A stretch of 64,000 bases of DNA from Squalus acanthias (Eukaryota). The stretch spans positions 44,702,001 through 44,766,000 of the forward strand of contig CM059430.1 in the NCBI GenBank assembly GCA_030390025.1, written 5' to 3'. The translations under genes were made by a program, and so were the position numbers. This document shows positions 47,536-61,700 of this stretch, piece after piece (the stretch's first letter is position 1; every line of letters begins with the position of its first letter). The notes below the pieces were generated by a model. It searched no databases. It saw nothing but the letters and a program-made list of their open reading frames with translations, and had not been told where the DNA came from.

Positions 47536-48769
47536 TTAATAACAGAAATAACTTGTATTTATATAGTGCCTTTAAAACAGAAAAGGACCTCAAGCACTTC
47601 ACAAAGGCATTAATATGCCCTTTATTACAATTCTATATTAAAATGTTCACATTTTTCCACAAAAAAGGTATTGTAATTTTCTTTAATATTTTGAAATGTT
47701 CTAATATATTTTAAAACCTCTGATGCAGATTTAGCACAAAGTATGTCCTTCAGACAGGCAGCCAGAAGTTTGACCTTTCCACGACTATATTGGTTGTGGG
47801 ATGGAAGGTTCATTATATTTACTGTAATAGATATGTAATGCAAGTATGATCAAATCTATATAATTAAGAATCTTACACCTAATGCACATCCATAGGCACA
47901 TGTCAAAGTATCATGTTTATTAAGCATCACACATGCCATGTCTATCACACACCTTACTGGCTTACTATCTATCAAGTTAACCATGTTGATTCACTTAAAT
48001 ACAGACAGGTAGGAAAATCTACTGATCGCAAACTCATTAAGAAAAAGTAAAGAAACCACAAAAAACCCAAACAACCAAATTGCACAATTTTTCCTCATAG
48101 CTATGAATCAGGAATTGTCACAAAATGCATCAAAGCACTCCGAACAATTTTTAAAAATTGGAGTAGCAAACATCAAATAATGGGTACAGTAGCCTAATGG
48201 TTATGGTACTGGCACATTTTTAGGGCGTATACCTGTAAGGCAAGTATCTTTCAGTATCAGTAACTGTACTGTGTTTATTTTGTGCCAGTCATGCATCAGT
48301 AAATTTGTTGTGTTGCAGTGAATGGCAAGCCACTGTTACATGTAGCCTCATGCAAGATTACAGTAAGCATCAGAATCCGAGCTCCAGGTGACAAACTGCT
48401 TGTGAACAATGTCACAGGAGATCGACTGCTATCAAAGAACCCACCTGGTTCAAATGTTGCGAAGATGCTGTGAAGGATATACCTTCTTGTGCCTGATTTT
48501 GTTCCAGTTAATTGGCGTGCTGCCATTTGGTGGAACCTTTGCTAGCTGATCTTGAATTTCAGGGACTTTTTCAATGAAAGTGCTGTTAAGTAATTTCCCA
48601 TCTGAAACAGGCAGGAGCGTCATGAATATATTCAAATCAGGGTCAAGTGACAGCATTACAATGCTGATGCTATTATCTGATATTACCAACTTACTAATGC
48701 CACTTCCTGCTCCCACCCATTAACCATTGGCAATGCAAAATCTTGTGGTGGCTCATTCAAGGGCTCTCG

Positions 48770-50632
48770 AGATGCTCATAATCAACAATGAGCCCAGTAG
48801 GGCCCAGCTGCAGGTTGCAACAACTTGACTGGTCGTCGGGCTGTCTGATCCAACTTACCTTCTGGCAACTGGGTGGGGAAGGGTACAGAAGTGTTATAAT
48901 GAAAGATGGCATCATGTTCCATTCCCATTGCCTAATTCTTCTTGCGACCAGGCTGCAGCTCAGCACTCCTACTAATCTGTGGGAAAGCAGACTTTAGGAG
49001 ATCAGTGATCCGAGTCAAGTGCCTACCATTTGATTTCCCAGCCCATCCAAAGTGGAGATGATTGAGCGCAGAGGGATGCTCAGCTGCAACGGCTGTCAAG
49101 GTGACCACACACTCATGATTGACTGCGGAGTGTTGATGCCATGCGTGAGAGCCCCACACAAATGTGTAATGGACTCCATCATATTATCCCACATGTTTTG
49201 GAAGCTTTGTGGCAGGTAATCCAATGGATTCTGTGTGGCAATTGCTGCTGCACAGAAATCATCATTATTTTTTAAAGGCTGGGTCCCTAAAGTCCTGTCC
49301 TCTTCAGCAGAGCTAGGATGTGAGTTGGCCTTCCTTGCCACCGATAATTTGCTGCTGATAATTTGTGCTCAGTGAATCCCCCAGTGCAGTCCCCTCTAAC
49401 CCACTAAGTCGCATGGGATGCCAATTTCTGTGTCGGTGTTTGGCAGGGTAAGAGCAAGTGATAGTGCAGTGCATTGTCACCATGGTTTTCATCATTAGTC
49501 TGTCGAGTGACCGAGTCTTCTGACTGAACTAGAAAAAGGAGCGAGGGCCAATGGTTAGGATATTGTTGCAAGGGTAAGCACTAGCAGCTCATTGGCAATG
49601 CAATGCAATCTCATGTTTACGAGATTAGCGAGTGCATTTCTGAAAGAGTTAAGTACAAAGAGATGAAGGGAAGATGCCAACAAACCCTATTATTTCAGGC
49701 CTCCAGCTCACCATCTCCAATGATGATTGCTGTTCATTTTCCCCTCAAACTTTGTAGTGTGGTGGGAGCTCCTCCTGTGCTGATCATCTCTCTCTTGTTA
49801 TGTGCCAGCTTCTCCTACAAGAAGAGCGGAAGTGGGTTTATATGCACCCTAGTAAAGGGCTTGCAACCCTTGCCATATATGAGCCATCTTACCATAGTGT
49901 GCATGGTTCAGGAAGAACCAGCAACTGTGGCTTAGAAGAAGTAGCTGTGAGAGCAGTAGCAACTTTTGAGGGTGAGTGCGAGCAGAAAGGAGGTGCAGTG
50001 AAGATTTTCCTGCTGATTTATGGAGAGCTATGTCAAGTGGGGAAGGGAGGGATTGATAGTGCTGAGGCAGAGATAGGGTCCTGTAGGCTTAGCATAAAGT
50101 ATGTGAGATAGGAAGGGGAGTCTTACCTTGGCACTTCTGGTGAGATCATTACATTTCTTTCTCCATGCAGCCAGGTCCTGCAGAAAATGCTGATCACCTT
50201 CATATGTTGTGCCACCTCCTGAATTTGCCTTTACACCCACTGACCATCCAAGGGGAAGAGGACATCCTTTTTATTCTGAATTTGTTAGACCAGCATCTCC
50301 TGGCTGTTTATTAAAACCTCAGGGCCCTGTTGGAACTCTTCTTGCCCCAAGACATCTTCCTGCAGCCTCAGTGTTGCTTCTCTCCTTTATCCACCTAAAA
50401 TGCATCTCTACTTTAAGCCACTGCAGCCCCTTAAGAACCTGCATCAGTGCCTGAACTTCCTGCCTCTTGTGGAGCAAGTTTTGCACTAGCAGCTTGCCTC
50501 AACCTCCCATCATGCGAATTAGGGGTGACCCCAAAATTGGGACAGACCCCCACAGTGATTCTTCCGGGCAGCTGTGGCTCTTGTTCTGCCTAGTTCCTGC
50601 CAGTTACCCGCTGGGAAACCAAAATCTACCCC
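48770..50632 (-). mobile_element. Heavily decayed Harbinger (Myb-gene side)
   Basis: Minus strand AAWRKKCNDLTRSAK then a GTAAGA donor (~50126); terminal aaaatctacccc followed by ATA; left boundary uncertain. Confidence 0.55.
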
Positions 50633-52582
50633 ATACCATTTGGAGCTAATCTCTGATTCATACCTCTGGCAAGTTGATAACAGAATCCTTTCACTTAAGG
50701 AATTAGTTCTCTATTTTTGGATCCCAATCATCGCCATCTAATGAAGCATTTCCACCTTTGGCTAATGGTGATGCAGCACTTCTCTGATGAAGCTATGACC
50801 TGTACCTCAGTAACACTGTTACTTGCCCAGAAGGAGTGCGATGGTGTTCAGCATAAACTATAAACTGGTTTAAGTCAAGATGAAGTCTGGAATTTTTGAT
50901 TGGTGAATTTAATAAAGGGTCAAGGTAACAATCTCATGCTTGAGATCAATTGGCTTGATCATGCAGTCAAACCTTGTACTTAAAGTATATTCCTTTTAAC
51001 TTTCTAAGCACCACAGAGAAGTTGATGAAAATAACACAGAACTGTCCAACATCCCAAAACTCTGCCACATCTAGTGGTGCTGACATGAGAGAAATATATC
51101 TTTTGACTAAAGATCTTGGGTATTTTAAATTAAGCTAGATTTGAATTAGAATATTATTTAACCTATAAATGTACAAGGTAACAAAGGGCACTGAAAAAAT
51201 AAATGCACAGATGATCTCGCATGATGCTTATATAAGTGCTGCTGTAACGTATCTACCATGAACACCAGCTATGTGTAAATGCATTTAATGTTTTTACCTG
51301 TAGAAACTAGTCTCAATAATAATGGATGTTATTAGCTTGCAAATAGGACAGGTGGTGCCTAAAGCTCAGCATGTCTGGACCGTTTCCTTTCCTTTAAGTC
51401 AGTTTAAATTTGAACAAGCATTTCAAGCCTACCCACATTTTTCTGCAATGATAAAAGACTTTTTACCCCTTTATTGCAGCCTGTTATCAATTAAACCACA
51501 ATATTGGTTGCAGATGTCAAATAAGGGAATGGTTTGTTCTTTGACACTTAAGGTGCCAAGGAAATCAACACCTCCTGTTTTGTATAAGTGCTTACAAGGA
51601 CTTCTTTGCACCCTTCTACGAATGAAGGCAAATGTCTGACTGGTGTGGCTGGAAATAATCTGCATGAAACTCTACGCTGTGCCAGTTACTGCTAATATAG
51701 TCAGGCTCCAATATCTCGGCTTGTTGTCTGTCAGGTGATAATTGCATATGTAAGTGGAGGAAGCATAATCTACTAACTGAGAAAAATTCTTACCGACTTG
51801 TAGAGTGGACCTGCTTAGCTTATTCATGTGAACCAAACATGCTACAGTAGCTTTTCCTGTGTTATCCCTTGACTGGCAGTAATTGTATTGGTGTCACTTG
51901 ATCTCTCAAAGGAAGCTGCCTTTGGCCATAATCCTTGAACTATTGCATTAGTTAAAATATAAAACACAATGACTTGTACACTCCCAAAGGATTCTTTCCT
52001 TTACTGAAGCTTTTTAGCTATTTCTGTGTACTTTTTTCATAGGTTTTTGCACTTGATTGGCAGGGCTTATAAAAAAAAACACTTGGTAGTTGCTGTGGAA
52101 GACAGACTTCTAAAACATTACAATAAATATAGGCTTATCACACTAAAACCACAAAACATAAAGATAGCTAGAGTTTATTGAGGTTTAAATGCCCCAGTAT
52201 GTGTATCTTGGTATTCTGTACGATTTAGAGTAGCACTGAAAATTATTTCGTTGAGCAATTTTTACTCCAAGTGAAAAAAATCAGGGGCCATGAAATGATG
52301 CTATAGGATAATAACATCTGAACCCCTAACACATCCGTGTGAAATTCCTTTGGCCACAAGTAATGGGTTAGCACCTCTGCTAAAATAGTGGGCAAAGGAA
52401 CTTCTGACAAAAGCATTCAGGATTAAGCATTCGTGGAGAAATTTATACTATTTACATTTATTGGCATCCAAAGGTCAGAAGAAATTAAAAATTCTGAGCA
52501 GCCCTTCTCTAACTTACCACTACCCTCCTTGATGAATTTGCATTTGTCTAGTGGTTGGAACCAGGGTAGGAATTTACACAGT

Positions 52583-53042
52583 GAAAGAAAGACTTGCATT
52601 TATATAGCGTCTTTCACGACCACCAGACGTCCCAAAGCGCTTTACAGCCAATGAAGTACTTTTGAAATGTAGTCACTGTTGTAATGTAGGAAATGCAGCA
52701 GCCAATTTGCGCACAGCAAGCTCCACAAACAGGAATGTAATAATGCAATGTTTTTGTTATGTTAATTGAGAGATAAATATTGGCCAAGACACCAGGGATA
52801 ACTCCCCTGCTTTTCTTTGAAAGAGTGCCGCGGGATCATTTCCGTCCACCTGAGAAGCAGACGGGGCCTTGGTTTAACGTCTCATCCGAAAGACAGCACC
52901 TCCGGCAGTGCAGCGCTCCCTCAGTACTGCACTGGAGTGTCAGCCTAGATTTTTGTGCTCAAGTCTCTGGAGTGGAACTTGAACCCACAACCATTCTGAC
53001 TCCGAGGCAAGAGTGCTACCAACTGAGCCATGGCTGACACTG
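52583..53042 (-). mobile_element. Full-length Deu-domain tRNA SINE
   Basis: Close match to 12127-12596, with A box tggctcagttgg and B box ggttcaagttcc. Confidence 0.9.
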
Positions 53043-53104
53043 TTCAAACTATATTTTGTATTCTTCCGTGGATTGTTATCTGGCAGTCTTTAATCGCTTT
53101 ATTC

Positions 53105-53190
53105 AAACTACAACAACTTACATTTATATAGCGCCTTTAATGTAGTAATAAAAACAAGGCACTTCACAGGAGCGTTAACAGACAAAATTT
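53105..53190 (-). mobile_element. L2 tail fragment; similar tails at ~46630-46690 (+) and ~47548-47610 (-)
   Basis: caacaacttacatttatatagcgcctttaatgtagt. Confidence 0.7.
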
Positions 53191-53714
53191 GCAAAACAAC
53201 ATTTTTATGGCAGCACCACTTTCATTTGCCTCTGGTCATGGTGCCTGGTGCTTATGTAGATCACTAGCTTACACTCTGCATGAGGCCTCCATTTTCACTA
53301 ATAGTGCTGTCACTTGTGCTCTATTGGCTTCAAACACTTACAGTCTAAGCTGAAATCTAATAGTTCAGTTGTAAAAGATTCTGCTCAGACCTCAGGCTCT
53401 CCTTGTGGTAAGAGCTCCAAATGGAATACCAGAAAACCAGAAGCTCCTCAAAGCAAAAGCCATCTCAAGAGATTACAAGAGGACTGAGCTGAAATGAGAA
53501 TTATTCTAGTATGACCCCAAACAAGCTACAGGTGCTGTTTGATGCACGTACAGGCCTAAGCCCCAGTGCCACTATCATTCAGCAGCCTGAGTGACAGGTA
53601 TTAAATCCCCAGTCAGCATGACTGGTGGCGTTGGATTGGAATGAGCACTCAGGGTTGTAAATTTTGCTGGATTTCTGTACATCTTCCAGACCGCCTTTAG
53701 AGCCACTTTTCTAA

Positions 53715-55400
53715 CTCCTGACTCCCCAAAGCCGATCTACCACCTGCAAGGCACAAGTCAGGAGTGTGTTGGAATTCTGTCCACGTGCCGGATGGTTGGA
53801 GCTCCAACAACAGTCAAGAAGCTTGACAGTATCCAGGACAAAGCAGTCCGCATGATCGGCATCCCATACACTAGCTTAAACATCCACTCCCTCCACCATC
53901 GGTATAACATGCTGCAGTGTGTGCTGACTACAGGAGCAAGAGCAAGAGAAGGGTACAAATGAATTAGGACTGTTGACCAGAAGAAGTGAGGAAGAAGTGT
54001 CTGAGGACAGGGAAGTGGTGGAATTACAAAATTTTACCATTGAAAAAGCACAAGAGGTGCCTGAGTTGAGAGAGGTGTAGAGGGACAGAGCAAATGGAAA
54101 CTGGTAGTGTCACAAGGAAAAGCATCACAGAGCAGCTTAGGAAGCTGAAGATACTTGAGGTTCCAGGCTCTGATAATGTCCATACAAAGATGCTGATGGG
54201 TAAGGAGACTGCAAATCCCATCACTGATATATTCCAAAGCTAATCAGAGTCAGGTAATGACCCAATCTTTGAAAATAGGGGCAAGGAATGAACCCTCAAA
54301 TTACAGATCTGTGAGCCTTACCTTGATTGTGGGAAAAGTGTTTAAGACTTTAATGAGGGATAGCATATAGGATCATCTGGAAGGACAGGATCTGATTATA
54401 AATCGGTATCATGTGTTCAGAAGAGACATGTATCTTACCAAATTACTGGATTTCTTTGAGAAGGTTGCAGCTCTCTTGGATAAGGATAAGGCCGTAGATG
54501 TTGTCTACCTGGATTTGAGGGAATGAAGAAGAAAAAGCCAACCACCTTCTCCTGATCTTCAATGCTGCCAATATTGCCAAGCCCCCCACCATCAACATCC
54601 TGGGGTTGACTATTGACTTGAAGCTTAACTGGACCAACCATATCAACATTGTGGCTACAAGAGCAGGACAGTGGCTGGGAACTCTGTGATAAGTGGCTCA
54701 CCTCATGACCATTCAATGCCTCTCTGTCACATACAAGGCTCAAGTCAGGAGTGTGACAGAATATTCATCACTTGCCTGAAGGGTGCAACCAAAACAGCAC
54801 TCAAGAAGCTCGGCACCATCCAGAATAAATCAGTCCACATGATCGGAATTCCCTATCTACACCATCACTACAAGGACTGCAGTGGTTCAAGGAGAAGGCC
54901 TATCACCATCTTCTTAGGGTACATAAAGTTGAGCAATAAATGTAGCCTAGCCAGCATCACCCACATCCCAAGAACAAAAGTAATTAAAAATTGACACCAT
55001 CCCATATAACAGCCTACTTCATAAGATGTTTGCTTATGAGATAGATAGCAAAGTAATAGGCTGGACTGGTGAGTGGCTGAGAGTAGACAACAAAGGATGG
55101 TGATGTGTGGGGAGGAGCCAGAATGGAAACCAGTTGCCAGTGGTGTCCCATAGGAATCAGTTTTTGGGGGTGACGTTCTCTATACTTTGTGTAAATGATG
55201 TACAAGATGGAATATTGCCTAAGATATCTAAATTTGCAGAGGACACCAAATTGGGTGCAGTGGCCAATGATGCTAACAAACATGATAATCTAAAGGAATC
55301 CAGACAAGCTAGTGCAATGGGCAGAGAGGCAGCAGATGGGAATTCAACATGGTTAAGTCATGAAGCTTTATTTAGGCTCACACATGAAAAATGGGAAATT
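53715..55400 (+). mobile_element. Cluster of decayed LINEs: CR1/L2-group piece (53715-53925), old CR1 (53960-54520 and 54995-55400), nested LINE (54555-54985)
   Basis: Degenerate RT motifs (YRSVSLT, DVVYLD, SKFAEDTKLG); similarity to 41331-42308. Confidence 0.7.
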
Positions 55401-57264
55401 GGGTGAGGTATTGGAGTGTGATTAGTGCCCCAAAAAGGGAAAAGTGATTTGAAAAAAGAAAAAAAACTATATTTTGACAAAAGTTGATGATGTTTTATTA
55501 ATTTTATCTCTTCAACATTCCATGCTGTCAACTGATACTTTTCTCTGACCATTATGGATATTATTTCTGAGAAAAAGTACATGGGCTCAATAAACTGGGC
55601 AAGCCTGTCCAGTAGTGAGCCTCTTGACTGATTTTATTCGCAGCTCCTTTTCTTTCTGTCTCATAGCAACATACACCTTCATTTTCCAATCATGTTATCA
55701 TGTTAGATATCCCTGTAGTCTTACTTCTTAATTGGAAACAGAATGCAAACAGAAATAAAACAGTCCCATTGTCTTTTTCTCACGTTTATCTTTATGCTCA
55801 ATTTTTGGCATTTTCTCTCAATTTAATGACTATAATGTTAATTGGAACGAATCTACTAATACATACATGGATATACATTTAAAACATTTTACTCATGAAT
55901 TCCATTGTAGGAGTTCCACTTTACAAATTTTTGTTAGGTTAATACAATTTTATATGAACTTTCCTCTATTACTAACTAAAATTAGTAATATTCATCTTGT
56001 ACTTCACCTTTGTTCAAAATGTTGTCTCTCCTCCCTCTTCTCATTGTCTTTCCTGTTTGTTCAGTGTATAATTTCTCAAGACTTGAGTTCAGCAACTCTA
56101 TTTCCAAACTGGGGCTGGGTGATCTTAACACCTGTAGACTTCTGCTGTAGTGAGGCATAATCACCTTGAAGTTGTACCTTCGGAGGACTGAAGCCTCTAG
56201 AATATCTGATAGCTTGAGTGCAAGAAATATAAAACATCAAAGCCATTTTGACATCAATGGTATTTAGTTTACATTTCCGCCCTGCTTTATATTCTAATGC
56301 AACGTATCAGGTTGTAGAGGTTCACTCAAACTGAACAGAGAAACATCATTAAGCATAAACTCAGGTGAAGGACACTAACTTGCTCCCCTCCCCCCCTATC
56401 CTTTTGCCTTTAAAAAAATGTCAGTCAATAAAGACCTGCAAGCTCCCTTATACACCTGGCATAGAGGCTAATAGGAGGATGCAGTTGAAGCTCAAAAGAT
56501 CTTATGCTAGATTTTCTTTGCTTTACTAAGCACCATGGTGCTTAAAAATGTATTTAATTTGGTGACACAAATGGGAGGTTAGTGCAGCCAAATGCATATT
56601 GATAAATTAATTGTCTTGTATTCCACAGAAAGTCCAAGAGGCTGTTTTATCCTCTGGTCATAGCACTGCAAATCAAAGAATGTCTTCTTCATTGAGGTTA
56701 GGGAGAAGTAAATAAATTTTTAATAAATTGGTAGATAGTCAATGGCAGCATAACACCACTTCTACATCAGCTTCAATCTGGCTAATTAACATTCTGAGGC
56801 CAAAGCATATGTGGCATCAACATCTATTTTTATAATGAGATTGGCTGGGCTCCAGTAGCACACTAGTAGCACGTGTCTTCATATATCCATGCTACAAAAT
56901 TTCTGCACTACCACTAATGGCATGGACTGTGTGCTCCTAAATTAATAGCCTAAGTTCTGTAGATCATGGGACTAATACACGTACTGCAAAAAAGTAAAGT
57001 CCCGCAAGAAGTAGAATCTACATGCGGAAAATAAGAACCCACGAGTGTTGTATCAAATTGAGGTTCCACTCGCATCTCTGTGGGATATTAGAATGACCTT
57101 AAACATTTTACCATTTTAGGGTGTAACTCCCAAAAAGTCATGGATTTCCCCTCTCTTTACAATGCAAAGAGCTGAGATTTGAACTGACTTATTATGCTGA
57201 CAGTTAGCCCCTTTGAACGCATATCACAAGTACCGTCTAGATTCTGACCTATAAGTTGACACTA

Positions 57265-57620
57265 GAAAGAACTTGCATGTAAATAGTACAGTTTCTTGTC
57301 CTCGATACTTCCTAAAGTATTTCACAGCCAATGAAATACCTTTGAAGAGCAGTCACTGTTGTTAAGCAAAGAAGTACAGCAACCAATTTGCGCACAGCAA
57401 GGTCCCACAGCAATATTGGTTGAGAAATAAATGTTGGCCAGGACACCAGAAGAATTCTCTGCCCTTCTTCAAATAGTGTCATGGGATCTTTTAAACCACC
57501 TGAACACTCGGTTTAAAATTTCATCTGAAAGGCATCACCTCCAGCAATGCAGCACTATCTCAGTATTGAATTGAACTATCAAGTCCCTGAGTCAGTAATG
57601 AGAGGATTACCACTGAGCCG
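57265..57620 (-). mobile_element. Decayed Deu-domain SINE
   Basis: ccaatttgcgcacagcaaggtccc...atgggatcttt...cactgagcc. Confidence 0.78.
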
Positions 57621-57784
57621 GCAATACTATTAACACTACCAATTAAAAGTTATCCAGATTGTATAATAGAAGGAAAATGTGGATTTTCTTGCAAAATAAG
57701 CAAACTTAGCTTCTTTCTTCCAAGGGGCGCAGACCTGGTGCCCTATTGCTTTAGTCATCCATCACCAGAACCAGTTGTACCAAA

Positions 57785-58475
57785 TCAAGCACTATTGGCC
57801 TCAATCTCCTCTGTCCAAACTGCCCACTACTCCAAGATCATCCTGCCGAGCAAAGATAATCCCCGGCTTCTTTTCTCCATGACCAATTGTCTCCTTCAAC
57901 CCTTCTCCCTCCAATAAGAGCTCTTGGACTTCTTTGTCACTAAGATTGAGACCATCCGTTCAGCTGTCTCTGCTGCTTACCCAGCAAGCCTAACCTTCCC
58001 CCAGGATCCTCCCCCACTGTCCTAGCCTTGATCCCGTGTCTTTGTTTAGTTTCTCCGATCTCCCCTCATGCCCTCTATAAGCTTATCTTGACCATAAGAC
58101 CCACCATCTGCTTCCTTGACACTATTCCCACTAAACTGCTGATCACCAAAACTTCCCTTCCTGGACCCGATGCTAGCTGACAATATAAATGGTTCCCCTC
58201 TCCTCAGGTACTGCCCCCCTTCCCTTTGAAAATTGCCATCATTACCACCCTTCTCAAAAAACCCACCATTGATCCTCCTGTCCTTGAAAACTACTGCCCC
58301 TTCTCCAACCTCCCATTCCTCTCCAAAGTCCTGGAATATGTTGTCATCTCCCAAATCCGTGCCCACCTTTTCCACAGCTCTGTGTCTGAATCTTTCCAAT
58401 CAGGTTTCCGCCCCTACCACAACACTGAAACGGTCCTAAACATAGTCACAAATGACATGCTCTACGACTGTGACT
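57785..58475 (+). mobile_element. L2 LINE ORF2 (RT N-terminal) fragment
   Basis: LKKPTID...NYCPFSNLPFLSKVLE...FQSGFRPYHNTET. Confidence 0.88.
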
Positions 58476-58570
58476 TGCCATCTCTGCAGCTTTTACCATC
58501 TAATTTAATGGGTTAATGATTGTGCTAAAATACTGCACAAAGGAATTTTGAGCAAACATATTAACCAGTG

Positions 58571-58701
58571 CAAAAGCAAAATACTGCGGATGCTGGAAAT
58601 CTGAAATAAAAACAGAAAATGCTGGAAATACTCAGCAGGTCAGGCAGCATCTGTGGAGAGAGAAACAGAGTTCACATTTCAGGTCGATGACCCATCGTCA
58701 G
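58571..58701 (-). mobile_element. Short Penelope-type 3'/pLTR insertion with a hammerhead motif and 16-bp TSD
   Basis: TSD aacatattaaccagtg at 58555-58570 and 58702-58717. Confidence 0.85.
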
Positions 58702-58704
58702 AAC
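58668..58704 (-). ncRNA. Minimal hammerhead motif with degenerate stem III
   Basis: Minus strand gtt-CTGACGA-tgggtc-atc-gacct-GAAA-tgtg-aac. Confidence 0.55.
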
Positions 58705-61700
58705 ATATTAACCAGTGTGCTACCAGAGCAAATTAAACACAATTATTGATGTCATCATTAGTGGAATTGGCTCGCAGTTACTCAATTGTATAATGTAAAA
58801 GATCAGAATGAACATGCATTTAGATTAATGACTGTATTCCCTCATACTGTGAACATCCACAGCTCCTTCAGAATTTGAGTAAGCAAAAAAATCAACAGAA
58901 AGGTGAAAAATAAACAAGTAATTGATGAAGTTAGTGATAACTATAGTTTTGATTTTTCAAAGTGATGTTTAATGATATAGGCGGAATAAATTTTCCAAGG
59001 CCACACTGCTGGTGAGGTAGTTCATTGCCAGTGTAATCTTGGAACGTTTAGGCTACTTTTAAGGACACACATAAGAAACGTGCAACTTCTTGCCGCATTG
59101 TGATACTTAAAATGCTTACGAAACTAAAAATCAATAATAAGGATTTGCATTTATGTGATGCTGGCAAACAAAAAATCACAAATGCGATGAGGGCACAATG
59201 TATTTATCTCAAAGGAGTACAGATTGTGAGATTTAGTAAAATTTTTGTAGCCAGCCTTGGATAAGATTCTGAGTATTATCATACAAATATAAAACAGCTG
59301 CATGTAATATTCAACTAATGTAAATATAAGAAAACTATATTAGTGTTAGCATGCAAAAATTCCAGACATACATCATCTTAATGACCTGCCAAAACTGATG
59401 AGGCAACCTCTATTTTTCGAAAATGATCAGGCAATGTTAAAAGTACTGAAATTGATTTGTTTTGGAAAAAGTTTAAACATGAATCTGAGAACCAGAACAA
59501 GAAATGATAAAGCAGTAACCAAACTATAGTATATGTCTAAATTTCAGTAACAAACAAGGCTGAATGTTCATCCTCTTTAAGCTATGCATAACATTATTGG
59601 TTCTTCCAGGCAAAATAAGGTAACACATAAATGGGATGAAGTACATTTTGCATTTCAATGTCACACACATTGCTTCAAATTAAAGCATATCTTAAAATGA
59701 CACTTCCCTTCTTATATGCATGAATGGAATCTGAAAAATCAATTTTGTATTTTAGCCCATACCATATCTAATTATAATCAGAAAACATATTTTCCACATT
59801 TTTAAATGTAGCCTTCCTTTATTCAAATTAAACTTGTCTATATTGGCAAAAATGAGCAGGTGGCAATCCTGGTTTTAGACTAAAAGGATATTACATAATA
59901 CAAATTACATCCTGAATTTTGTTTTAAAAAACCAGGGTTACAAATGGCCCTATGTACAATGTCTAAAATGTATCATTATTGTAATAATTCCAGAAAAGAA
60001 TTACTTTGCATATACACTCAGCCCTAGCGCGACCTGGCAATATCAAAGATGACACCTTTCTGGAGCTTGAAGAATTCATCTTCATTTTCTGACTGAGCTC
60101 ATCTAATCAACATGCTTTATTTCAACAAAGAGAGCATTGCTGCTGTTAAAATTACTATTGCCAACAAGCCCCACCATTAAGAGATAGCCACCAGTCATCT
60201 GAAAGGAACTGCATGCCAATAACACGCAATCTGAAATGAATTACATGAATGTTTCATTATAAAAGGAAATTAGTAACTTGCTTCAGCAACTCACCAAGTG
60301 GCTGTCATATTTTTATTTTCTTTTTGTAGAGACCATGTAAAACTGCACAATGTTTGAGGGGGGCAATATAAATATTTGCAAGTTATGTTGTATTTCATAA
60401 AGGACAGAGTGAAAATGTTGGTTTGGAGATGAAATGGTAGGTGCCGCACAGGGGAGGCATTTCATGCTTACCTTGTTCTGACAAAATTTCATAGATCAGA
60501 AGCTCTATTGGCTTAGGAGCTAACACTGGGAGATAAAACGTAGCTGGTTCTTGGAAAAATAATCACTTCTGCCTTGTTACCCAGAGATTGAATATGGGTC
60601 AACAGATGCATTTTGAATGTGTACCACTTCTTAAATGATTTAGCACTCTGATCTGGAAACATAGAAAGTAATTTCATACGTCAGTGACATCCAGTACCCG
60701 ATTCCTTGTGCAATTTTCATTCTGTGTTATGTTGTCATAATCATTTGGAGAGGTCAAACATTATCCCTTTTGGAAAAAAAATCATCTGATATATTACTGT
60801 AATATAAAAATAAAGCTCGGATTATATTTTGATACCAGCGCAACCATTCATCTTTACATGAACAAACACAAAACACCTGCCTGGCTTTCAAATATTATCA
60901 TGTGATTAATCTTACTATATACAAATCAAAGATGGCCAGATGGTTAAATTAAAAAACAAATCAAAAATTAATATGTTTTTTTTTGTAGAAGATCAAAATA
61001 TTATTCATAAATGGCAAAGATTATATGTTGGAGTATTAATGTTCTTAGTACAGACAAGAAGTTAATTCCTTTTGGGTTAATATTTGTCTAATGGCATATT
61101 GGGGCCTCAACTAATACCCAGGAAACAATAACGTGTCATTAAACATGTCACTTTATTTCTGCTTTTAATTACAAAATATGATTCCAAAACATTAATGGAC
61201 TTCTCAGAGTTGAGTGTTCAAGAACGATTGATAGCAATGTAACTGTGACGAAAGCAGAGTTTGTGTCCTGCAACAAATGGGGAAAATGTCTTAATTTTAT
61301 GTTATATTGTTCTGAAATAACCAGAGTTCAAATGGAACTTATCTTTCTTCACTGAACTTCAAAATGGAGGCCAATGTCAGGCTGTCTATGGGAAACAAGC
61401 CAGATTTATTGTTCTGGTAAATAAGCAGAAAAGCTGGGCTTTGTTCTACAAGAGGTTCAAAATTTGCATTGTTTAAGACTTTTGAGAGTGTGAGATCCAG
61501 ACAATTGCATATCAAATGACTCATTAGTATACCACGAAATAGTCTTTCATACAGAATATTGTTCTTGGGTGATGGAACCTGTCGTTGGAAACTTGGAAAC
61601 TGTATAAGAGCTGTGGGTTTTTCTGTAATCTTTAGTTCAGTTTAATTTAGGGCTGTGTGCGATGTTTAGGAATTTCACAGCACCCTAGATATTACCAACA

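Noticed and set aside
48296-48716. Two minus-strand ORFs as possible host exons
   Set aside because: No recognisable domain and no convincing splice-site pair; only a homology search could rescue them
51062-51080. CTCF-like tgccacatctagtgg
   Set aside because: Has a 2-nt insertion relative to the core spacing
56527-56544. Perfect 18-bp palindrome taagcaccatggtgctta
   Set aside because: One such palindrome in 64 kb is plausible by chance, and there is no supporting context
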